Assembly (NCBI GenBank): GCA_964388035.1
Contig: CAYLZE010000025.1
Coordinates: 1 to 52,667, forward strand
From: an uncultured archaeon
GTDB taxonomy: Archaea; Asgardarchaeota; Lokiarchaeia; Sigyniarchaeales; SOKP01
Length of the DNA stretch: 52,667 nucleotides
Reading direction: 5' to 3'
Shown: positions 21,639-29,838 of the stretch, piece by piece
Layout: every line of letters starts with the position of its first letter
How positions within the stretch are numbered: position 1 is the stretch's first letter
Program-made: the position numbers and the translations under genes
The notes under the pieces: model-generated
What the model was told of the DNA's origin: nothing
Seen by the model: only the letters and a program-made list of their open reading frames with translations
The model's database searches: none

Positions 21639-23111
21639 TTGATTTATGATATTATTATTATAGGAGGTGGCGTTATTGGCTGTTGTATTGCCCGCACACT
21701 TTCTAAATATGGTTTGAAGATTTGTCTATTGGAAAAAGAGGCAGATATAGCTTGTGGTACGACTAAAGGAAATTCTGGCGTGGTTCATGCAGGATATGGT
21801 GCTGAAAGAGAATATATTAAACGAAATTTAAATATCCGAGGTAATGAATTATATACACAAGCTGAAAAGGAGCTGCACTTTCCCTTTAAGAGAATTGGCT
21901 CATTCGTGGTTGCTCTAGAAGAGAGTCAAATAAAAGATTTGGAGGATCAAAGGAAAAAAGGGATTGAAGATGGAATCCCGGGATTAGAACTCATTCTAGA
22001 TCGAAATCGAATATTAGAAATGGAGCCGCACTTGACTGATAAGGTAGTGGGTGTACTTCATGCTTCCTCTGCTGGTATTGTTAGCCCCTATGAATTGACT
22101 TTTGCCTTAGCTGAAAATGCTGCAATGAATGGGGTACAATTTTTTAGAAATCAAGAAGTTGTAAAAATAGAACATCAAGATTATGTTTTTACGGTCCATA
22201 CACGAAATAAGCAGTACAAATCTAATAATTTAATAAATGCAGCGGGATTATACTCAGATAAAGTTTCCAAAATGTTAGGTTTAGATTATTTCTCCATCCT
22301 TCCCCGAAAGGGAGAATACATTTTGTTTGATAAAAATTCAATTCAATTGAACAAAGTGTTATTTCCAATGCCTACTAAAATATCTAAAGGTATCTTAGTA
22401 TGTCCTACAATCCATGGGAATACTTTTGTTGGTCCAAATGCTCAAAATATCACGGATGTTGATGATATCTCCACGACAGAAGCTGGACTAAAGGAGATCC
22501 TGGATGGAGGAAGAGAATTGGTTCCTAACCTGCCTTTAAGAGCTTCTATCAGAAACTTTGCAGGATTACGAGCAGTACCAGAAAGTTATGATTTTATCAT
22601 TGACAATACAGATGTTTATGGCTTAATAATTGTCGGAGGTATCCTCTCACCTGGTTTATCTTCATGTTTTGCTATTGCTGAAAAAGTCGAGGAGTATTTG
22701 AAATTGCTTGGAGTTAATTTGAAGGAAAAAGAAAATTATAATCCTAATCGGCCAAAACCGGAAAGGATCTCAGATTTCACCAAAAAACAGTTAGATGAAA
22801 AAGTAAAAGAAGATCCAGCTTGGGGAAGAATTATCTGTCGATGTGAAACGGTCTCAGAACATGAAATCGTGGATGCTATTCATGCTCCCGTGGGAGCTAC
22901 AACAGTGGATGGCGTGAAATTTAGATGTAGGCCTGGTATGGGAAGGTGCCAAGGAGGTTTTTGTTTACCACGAGTAATGGAGATTTTATCTCGGGAATTA
23001 AAAATTCCTTACCAACAAATCAATAAAAGAGGAGAAGACACGCCTATATTAATAGGAAGCACAAAAGATTTCATGTTAAAAAAAATAGAAAGTGAGGAGG
23101 AGAATGCATGA
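21639..23111 (+). CDS. FAD-dependent oxidoreductase (GlpA/L2HGDH-like) with BFD-like [2Fe-2S] domain; probable glycerol-3-phosphate dehydrogenase subunit
   Basis: IIGGGVIG, TTKGNSGVVHAG, PRKGEY, FAGLR, ICRCE...GMGRCQGGFC. Confidence 0.88.
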   Translation: MIYDIIIIGGGVIGCCIARTLSKYGLKICLLEKEADIACGTTKGNSGVVHAGYGAEREYIKRNLNIRGNELYTQAEKELHFPFKRIGSFVVALEESQIKDLEDQRKKGIEDGIPGLELILDRNRILEMEPHLTDKVVGVLHASSAGIVSPYELTFALAENAAMNGVQFFRNQEVVKIEHQDYVFTVHTRNKQYKSNNLINAAGLYSDKVSKMLGLDYFSILPRKGEYILFDKNSIQLNKVLFPMPTKISKGILVCPTIHGNTFVGPNAQNITDVDDISTTEAGLKEILDGGRELVPNLPLRASIRNFAGLRAVPESYDFIIDNTDVYGLIIVGGILSPGLSSCFAIAEKVEEYLKLLGVNLKEKENYNPNRPKPERISDFTKKQLDEKVKEDPAWGRIICRCETVSEHEIVDAIHAPVGATTVDGVKFRCRPGMGRCQGGFCLPRVMEILSRELKIPYQQINKRGEDTPILIGSTKDFMLKKIESEEENA

Positions 23112-24406
23112 AACAGCATGAGACGGATGTGCTAATAATTGGAGGAGGTTCTGCTGGGATGGCATCAGCTGTTGTGGTCAAAGAGGCAGGGTTAAATGCA
23201 ATGATAGTGGAAAGAGATAGAGAATTGGGGGGAATTTTATTGCAGTGCATTCATAATGGTTTTGGTATCACGGAATTTAACGAAGAGCTGACGGGGCCAG
23301 AATATGCCCAAAGGTTTATCGATCAAATAGTAAAACTGGATATTCCTTACTTGTTAAACACGATGGTGATCGAATTTACCCCTAATAAGACCGTTTATGC
23401 CGTAAATAATCAAGAAGGATTAATTGAAATAAAAGCAAAAGCCATCATCTTGGCAATGGGTTGCCGGGAACGGACGAGAGGGGCCATCAACATTCCTGGC
23501 TTTCGTCCTTCAGGAATTTTCACGGCAGGACAAGCTCAAAGGTTCGTAAACATGGAAGGATATTTGCCGGGTAGGACCATTGTGATTTTAGGTAGTGGAG
23601 ATATCGGAATGATCATGGCACGTAGACTGACGTGGGAAGGATGTAAAGTAAAAAGTGTAGTGGAAATCTTACCTTATGTTAGTGGATTGATGAGAAATCA
23701 AGTTCAATGTTTGGAAGATTATAAAATTCCTTTAATCACGAGCTATACTGTCACTAAAATCCACGGAAGGGAGCGCGTAAAAGGAGTGACGATAACTAAA
23801 GTTACAAAAGATTATGATCGTATTGTTGGCTCCGAGCGATTCATTGAATGCGATACTTTATTACTTTCAGTGGGTCTCATTCCTGAGAATGAGCTTACGT
23901 TAAAGGCTGGTGCTCAAATTGCACCAAATGGAGGGGCGGTTGTAGATAACAATTTGGAAACAACCATTGAGGGCGTGTTTAGTTGCGGCAATGTTCTCCA
24001 AGTCCACGATTTAGTTGATATGGTGACTGCTGAGGCAAAGAGAGCCGGTGAAAATGTTGTAACCTATATAAAGGAAAGATATGGTAAAGAAAAGAAGACT
24101 ATTGAAAAAGTCACGTGTGTTCCTGGAGAGAATGTAAATTACATAAAGCCTAATTATGTTAATGTAAGTGATTTATTAAAAGATATTAACTTCACATTCC
24201 GGGTAAAAGAGCCCGGCACGAGAAAATTGATTCAAATTAAAGATCACGAGAATAATGTAGTTTATAAACGGAAAAAAATTCATGTAATCCCCAGTGAAAT
24301 GATTCAGCTCACGGTTAACTTGAATAAAATCGGTTTAAACCCCAATTGCGGACGTGTTGAAATCGAAGTTATCCCGCAACCTGAAGTTTTGATTGAGGAG
24401 GAATAA
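23108..24406 (+). CDS. FAD/NAD(P)-binding pyridine nucleotide-disulfide oxidoreductase, partner subunit
   Basis: IIGGGSAG, GGILLQCIHNGFG..ELTGPEY, MGCRER, GSGDIG; 4-bp ATGA overlap with the upstream gene. Confidence 0.9.
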   Translation: MKQHETDVLIIGGGSAGMASAVVVKEAGLNAMIVERDRELGGILLQCIHNGFGITEFNEELTGPEYAQRFIDQIVKLDIPYLLNTMVIEFTPNKTVYAVNNQEGLIEIKAKAIILAMGCRERTRGAINIPGFRPSGIFTAGQAQRFVNMEGYLPGRTIVILGSGDIGMIMARRLTWEGCKVKSVVEILPYVSGLMRNQVQCLEDYKIPLITSYTVTKIHGRERVKGVTITKVTKDYDRIVGSERFIECDTLLLSVGLIPENELTLKAGAQIAPNGGAVVDNNLETTIEGVFSCGNVLQVHDLVDMVTAEAKRAGENVVTYIKERYGKEKKTIEKVTCVPGENVNYIKPNYVNVSDLLKDINFTFRVKEPGTRKLIQIKDHENNVVYKRKKIHVIPSEMIQLTVNLNKIGLNPNCGRVEIEVIPQPEVLIEEE

Positions 24407-24425
24407 TATTAAGAGGTAAACCAAG

Positions 24426-24821
24426 ATGGAATCTACAGAATGTAAAACAGACGTAGTTGCTGAAATAAGGTGCATTGTTTGCCCCACGGGATGCCTCGTT
24501 CAAGTAAAGAAGGATGAACAAGGAAATATCAATTTTGAGGGATATACTTGTAAAAGAGGATTGGAATATGCTAAGCAAGAGTATTTTGAACCAAAAAGAA
24601 TCATTACTACAACCATGCGGGTGGAAAATGGATTTTTGCCTCTCATTCCCGTGCGCTCTGAGCACCCCATCCTGAAAAATCGGATAAATGATGCATTACT
24701 CGAAATAGCGAAACAAAAAGTGACTGCTCCGATAAGCATTGGAGATATTCTAATCGAAAATATTTTAAATTTAGGAGTCAACATAATTGCTAGTCGCAAT
24801 CTTGCTTCGAAACCTAAATGA
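24426..24821 (+). CDS. DUF1667 CxxCxxxC...C metal-binding subunit
   Basis: CIVCPTGC..V...GYTCKRG.EY..E...P.R.ITTT. Confidence 0.88.
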   Translation: MESTECKTDVVAEIRCIVCPTGCLVQVKKDEQGNINFEGYTCKRGLEYAKQEYFEPKRIITTTMRVENGFLPLIPVRSEHPILKNRINDALLEIAKQKVTAPISIGDILIENILNLGVNIIASRNLASKPK

Positions 24822-24876
24822 AAGAGATTGCGAATCTAACTACATATTTTTAATTTAAGAATTTATATTTCCGATC

Positions 24877-25320
24877 ATGAGTTATATTTTTAAGGTCCAT
24901 GAGAATTTATTCTTAGGGGGATATTGGCCAGTCTTCGATTTACATTTCTTGAAAAAGGAAGGCATAAAGGCCATAGTGAATTTAATGGAAGAGGATTTAT
25001 ACGACCCTACTCCCATGGGTTTCAGTTATTTATACAAGGGATTTCCGGATGATTGGTATCCTCCCCATCATTTTTTCACGGAAATATTGGATTTCATTGA
25101 TGCTCATATCCAGCAAGGGCCAGTGTTATGTCATTGTGCTCGAGGTGTGAGTAGATCGGGTGGGATCATTATCGCTTGGCTATTAAGAACGTATCCTGAG
25201 TTTTCATGGAAGAACGCTCACGACTATGTGAACAAATCGAGGTTAGTATTCCCCTCAATTGAAATTAAGCAAGCAATTTTAGATTATTTCGAATCGTTAG
25301 AAGGAACAAGAAGAGAATAA
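24877..25320 (+). CDS. Dual-specificity protein phosphatase (copy 1)
   Basis: HCARGVSRS active-site loop, upstream acid loop FPDD. Confidence 0.92.
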   Translation: MSYIFKVHENLFLGGYWPVFDLHFLKKEGIKAIVNLMEEDLYDPTPMGFSYLYKGFPDDWYPPHHFFTEILDFIDAHIQQGPVLCHCARGVSRSGGIIIAWLLRTYPEFSWKNAHDYVNKSRLVFPSIEIKQAILDYFESLEGTRRE

Positions 25321-25442
25321 TTTTAACGTGAAATCATGCCATGACTGTGAAAGTGGGAGAAACTTAGAAATGGGGAAAGACATAATTTTTACTAGAAGGA
25401 TCAATCAATTTTTAAAGATTAAAAAGATGAAGTATTAAGTAG

Positions 25443-25913
25443 ATGTCAGATTTAGACGAAATATATAAAATTCCTCAATATAATATTTATATTGGAGCAT
25501 ATTGGCCTAGAATAAATTTTGATAAGCTTAAAAGAGTAGGTATAACTTCAATTATTAACTTAATGGAAGAAAGCTTTTATGATCCTCGTTCAGAAGGATT
25601 TATTTACCTTCATGAAGGATTTCCCGACAATAAACAGGTTTCCCATAAAATCATTCAGAAATTGTTGGATTTCATGGATTTACATTTAAGAAATGGAGGT
25701 AAAATTTTCTTGCATTGCTCAATGGGATTATCTAGGTCTCCGAGTATTGTTATAGCGTGGCTATTAAAAGAAAATCCTGAATGGACATGGAATGATGCAT
25801 TTTTTTATATAAATAAGATAAAGAAAATTTATCCTGCTGTTGAAATCAAGCAATCAATCCTTGAATATTTTGAGGCCTTGGAAGGATATCGTAGAGATTT
25901 GAAAAATATATAA
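25443..25913 (+). CDS. Dual-specificity protein phosphatase (copy 2)
   Basis: HCSMGLSRS active-site loop, FPDN acid loop. Confidence 0.92.
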   Translation: MSDLDEIYKIPQYNIYIGAYWPRINFDKLKRVGITSIINLMEESFYDPRSEGFIYLHEGFPDNKQVSHKIIQKLLDFMDLHLRNGGKIFLHCSMGLSRSPSIVIAWLLKENPEWTWNDAFFYINKIKKIYPAVEIKQSILEYFEALEGYRRDLKNI

Positions 25914-26019
25914 TATTTCTACCCTTGAATTTTTAATATTAAAACCAAAAGGTGTAATTCCCATGATATTATTTTGTAAACCAAAATTTTAGATTAAATG
26001 ATGAATTTATTTTAAGTAA

Positions 26020-28347
26020 ATGGATGCAGAAAAACGAGTTCTTAACGTTCTCATCGCGGGGCATGCTCAAGCCGGGAAGTCCTCTTTAATTGAAACGATA
26101 GTAGGTATCTTTCCGGATTCCTTAAGTTTTGAATTAACGCGGGGAACAACGGTGGCTTTAAAGGCCATCCAATTCGAAATGCCTCAAAAAAAAATCATTT
26201 TAAATTTTTTGGATAGTCCGGGTCATGCGGATTTTAAGGGAAGTATTGCTTTAGGATTGGAATTTGCTGATCTATTGGTACTGGTTGTTTCTGGTAAGGA
26301 AGGGTTTCAAGCAAGAACATATTGGTTGTTTGAAAAAGCTGTCGAAAAAAACATTCCGATTATCATTGCTGCAACTAAAATGGATCTTCCTCAAACCTCA
26401 ATAGAGAAAATTTCTTCTCAAGTAGAATCACTATCTAATAAAAAGATTGCGATCGTAAGAACTTCTGCCAAATTGAAAACAGGGATTGCTGAACTCATGG
26501 AAAAAATCACTTTATATATGAAATTTAGACAAAATCTTGATTCAGATCCCAGTTTTATTATTCTTGGGTACATTAATCAAAAAGGAATGGGAGAAATGAT
26601 TGTAGCGGGATTATTAGCGGGGAAAATCGAGAAAGGATGGCTAACCAATGAATTAAAAATAAGACAAATCTTCTCTCTCAAGAATTTGCCTTTAAATCAT
26701 GCTGAGGAGGGTGATATTGTCCATATTTTATTAAACATTGAAAAAAGTTTTCCATTAGGAACAATTTATAAGAAAGGTAAATTCATTCTTCCTTCCTATG
26801 AGAGTTTTTTATCAGATATTAGACCTAGTAAGGAATTTTTAATTAAAATTAATGATGCTCAAAAGCAGACCATTGCTCTGCAGATCTTGGATAATCTGAA
26901 AAAAGTAATACCTTCTTTTGATTTTTATTCGGATAAAGAAAGTATCAATATCATGGTATTGGGAGATTTTCAATTTGAATTTATAAAAGAACAATTGCTA
27001 AACTTAATAGATTTTAAAGTCTTGACTTCGAGAATAAAAGGTATTATCACGATTAATGCATTAAGCACGGCAAGATTTGGATCAGCACATATCCGTATCG
27101 TGCCGAGATGTAGGAAAATGCTAACCATTTCAAGGGATGGAATAAAAAGCAAGAAACTCCTTGACATTTTAGGAACAACCGCAGCTTATGAAGCATTTCA
27201 CTTAGATGGATTACATGTTGATATTTTTTCGGGAAAAAATGAAGATGATATTGCTCAAGCCATTGTAAAAGCAATAGAAAAGGTTAAAATCATTAAAGTT
27301 ATCCCTCATCAAGATGTCATCGTTAAAGTAAAGAATTTCAATGATTTATCGGGTTTAATAGAAAAATATAACATAGAACTATTACATCAAACTCATTTAA
27401 ATTCATTTTTCCTTCAAGTAAAAAATGAAAATTTCGAAGATTTCTTCAATTCTTTGATGAAAATATCAAAGGGAAGAGCAGAACTGCATCTTTTTAAATT
27501 TGATCAAAATGAAGTGGTGCTTTCCGTTGATCCCGGAACCCGTCATGTTGGATTTTCTCTCATCGAAAGTGGAGAATTACCTTCCTTGTGGAATGTTAAT
27601 TTCAAACATAAAATTGAGAGTCCTAAAGCAGAAAGTGCTGCAAAAGCAAAATTAGCAAAAGAAATGGATTTATTTTTGAATAATCAAAAAGAGTTGATCA
27701 ATAAAATTTTTATTGGGAATGGTCCGGGATCTAGATTTATTATTGATTTTCTCATCGAATATCTAAATATTCCGTGCGAAAATAATAAATGCATTATAGA
27801 AGATTATGATGAAACTCAAGTTCAAGAAAAGTCTGAAATGCCCTTAAAAGATTCTAATTTTTTAACCCCTCAAATATATCTTGTAGATGAATATAAAACC
27901 ACAAAAGAGGCAATGTTTCATCTACAACAAGGTAAATTAATAAATGAAGTAAAAAGTGAAGATTTTGTAGACCATGCTATCGCGGCTTTATTGATAGCGA
28001 AAAGGGGTCTGAGAGGAGAAATCGTAAAACTTGAAAAGAAACCTTTTAAACAATTCCATGATTATATTGTTGAAAATTATGCAGGCTCACCTTCTTTTTC
28101 TACCCTTCATGTCAATGCTCTTGAGAATATTAAACCAGGCATGTATTTAAGAGTTAAAGATTCTTCAAAATTAGATTCTTCCTTGAAAGATGGAGATGTT
28201 GTATCATTCATTGGCTTCGATACTCGATCTAATGCAATTCATGCAAATACTCTTTCTGGAAATAAAATAATAATAAAATTTCAAGGCGAAATTAAAATTA
28301 AAAAAGATTTTTTTAAAGTTCTAGTTCCTGTTAAGCAGCGAAGTTAA
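26020..28347 (+). CDS. Translation-factor (EF-G/EF-2/TetM-like) GTPase fused to YqgF/Tex-like RNase H-fold nuclease and a small C-terminal beta domain
   Basis: G1 GHAQAGKS, switch I RGTT, G3 DSPGH, G4 TKMD, G5 SAK; EF-G-like domains II-V; then VLSVDPG / IFIGNG / VDEYKTT / VDHAIAALLIA. Confidence 0.8.
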   Translation: MDAEKRVLNVLIAGHAQAGKSSLIETIVGIFPDSLSFELTRGTTVALKAIQFEMPQKKIILNFLDSPGHADFKGSIALGLEFADLLVLVVSGKEGFQARTYWLFEKAVEKNIPIIIAATKMDLPQTSIEKISSQVESLSNKKIAIVRTSAKLKTGIAELMEKITLYMKFRQNLDSDPSFIILGYINQKGMGEMIVAGLLAGKIEKGWLTNELKIRQIFSLKNLPLNHAEEGDIVHILLNIEKSFPLGTIYKKGKFILPSYESFLSDIRPSKEFLIKINDAQKQTIALQILDNLKKVIPSFDFYSDKESINIMVLGDFQFEFIKEQLLNLIDFKVLTSRIKGIITINALSTARFGSAHIRIVPRCRKMLTISRDGIKSKKLLDILGTTAAYEAFHLDGLHVDIFSGKNEDDIAQAIVKAIEKVKIIKVIPHQDVIVKVKNFNDLSGLIEKYNIELLHQTHLNSFFLQVKNENFEDFFNSLMKISKGRAELHLFKFDQNEVVLSVDPGTRHVGFSLIESGELPSLWNVNFKHKIESPKAESAAKAKLAKEMDLFLNNQKELINKIFIGNGPGSRFIIDFLIEYLNIPCENNKCIIEDYDETQVQEKSEMPLKDSNFLTPQIYLVDEYKTTKEAMFHLQQGKLINEVKSEDFVDHAIAALLIAKRGLRGEIVKLEKKPFKQFHDYIVENYAGSPSFSTLHVNALENIKPGMYLRVKDSSKLDSSLKDGDVVSFIGFDTRSNAIHANTLSGNKIIIKFQGEIKIKKDFFKVLVPVKQRS

Positions 28348-28520
28348 CATTTCCTTACTTAGGATAAATTTCATTCACGTTTCGATCAAAATGTCACCTT
28401 GCTTTTCCCTTCTAGAAAGAATTTTTCTTCTACGTTTTTGCATAAATATTTAAGAAAATTCTTAGATCATTAGGATATACAAAATTTCTATGAATGCAAC
28501 TATTAAGGTAAGAGCAAATC

Positions 28521-28886
28521 ATGGCCGAAGAAGAAAATAAAGTGATGAAAATTATCGAGGATAAAGTAATTAAATTACTCGAAAATATCAATTCTAAATT
28601 AGATAAACTAATAAGCATAGGAGGAACCCCGCCTGCCGCTAAGGTAGGAACGGCAACTATCGTTGAGGAGAGTGGGCGAAAACCCTCTAAGCTAGTCGAA
28701 AAACAAGAAGAGGAAGAGAAAATAAAAGAAAAGCCCCCTGTTGAAGGAAGAAGGGTGTGTCCTCAATGTGGAGGAACTTCTTTCCAAGAAGTTGAAGATA
28801 AGACCCAAATTTTGCATCAAATGGGAGGCATAAAAATCTACGCTAAAAAGCATATATGTAAATCCTGCGGTTTTGAGGGAACTTAA
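28521..28886 (+). CDS. Small protein: N-terminal short coiled coil, linker, C-terminal C4 Zn ribbon
   Basis: LENINSKLDKL heptads; RRVCPQCG...YAKKHICKSCG. Confidence 0.8.
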   Translation: MAEEENKVMKIIEDKVIKLLENINSKLDKLISIGGTPPAAKVGTATIVEESGRKPSKLVEKQEEEEKIKEKPPVEGRRVCPQCGGTSFQEVEDKTQILHQMGGIKIYAKKHICKSCGFEGT

Positions 28887-29072
28887 AATAGATACGTAAG
28901 GTTCAATTTCTCAATAATAAAAAAAATGACTCTTATTTCTCAAATTTAAGAGATTATTTTTTTATTTTATTTATTTCTTTTTTCATATTAATTATTAAAA
29001 GTATAATTTGGTTCTTCTTTTAAATTTCTTATTTACTCCTTACAATCAAAAAAAAGGAACTCAATATTTGAT

Positions 29073-29636
29073 TTATTTCTTCATCTTTTTAATTAATAGG
29101 ATCACAAAACCAATGAGTAAAAAAGCTATACAGCTATAAAGAACAATTATACAAAGTAAAGCGGATAATGAAGCTCCAAATGCATCCCTTTCCGTTATAT
29201 TTAGGGGATTTCCCAGCATTTTTAGAATAAAGAATTCTTCCAAGAGATCGAATAAAACGCTACCTAAAGATATTATTGATAATCCCAAATAGAAATTTTG
29301 AAGTCTTGGGGAAGTTGTAAAATTACGAGCGACGATTAAAAGACCAGTAAAAATGGCAATTCCATATGAGGTCATAAACCCAAGATCAACAATGTGTACC
29401 AATATCATTAAGTCTACAAACTTATATAAGGAATCCGCTGCCCAAATGGAAATGATCTTATCCATATTTGCTTTATTCCAAGCATTTTTCATATCAAATA
29501 AACCTGCTCCAGCTGGAAATTGAACAAGTAAAATTTGAAAAATTACTAAAAAAATGAGTACAAAAATTAATGATCCAATAAAAAAGATTAATATTATCTT
29601 ATCTTTTGGTTTTGTTAACAATATTTTTAAGTTCAT
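29073..29636 (-). CDS. Four-TM membrane protein, hypothetical
   Basis: Four hydrophobic segments; D..F...YG and FDLLE motifs. Confidence 0.7.
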   Translation of the reverse strand: MNLKILLTKPKDKIILIFFIGSLIFVLIFLVIFQILLVQFPAGAGLFDMKNAWNKANMDKIISIWAADSLYKFVDLMILVHIVDLGFMTSYGIAIFTGLLIVARNFTTSPRLQNFYLGLSIISLGSVLFDLLEEFFILKMLGNPLNITERDAFGASLSALLCIIVLYSCIAFLLIGFVILLIKKMKK

Positions 29637-29838
29637 GATTAATTTTCTATTTCTACCTATTTCGCTATATTTATATTAATGAGATTAATTAATAGCAAAT
29701 TTCTCATCTTTAAAAAATAATTGCTATTAGCTTCCTTAATGTAAAATGATTATATGAATAGCAATCAATAAAATATCGAACCAATATAGGAATTTCAAGG
29801 AAATATTTAACTCATGTTATTATCGAGATAACATGATA

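Noticed and set aside
27514-28010. RNase H-like domain as a transposase, TnpB or Cas RuvC
   Set aside because: Motifs fit YqgF/Tex (DPG, IGNG, DE..TT, D..AA..I). No terminal repeats, TnpB-style Zn finger or CRISPR repeats nearby.
26020-28347. Calling the GTPase SelB, IF-2 or canonical aEF-2
   Set aside because: Domains after domain II follow the EF-G III-V pattern rather than EF-Tu/SelB barrels, and the protein is too short and divergent for aEF-2 (no G' region, no diphthamide loop seen).
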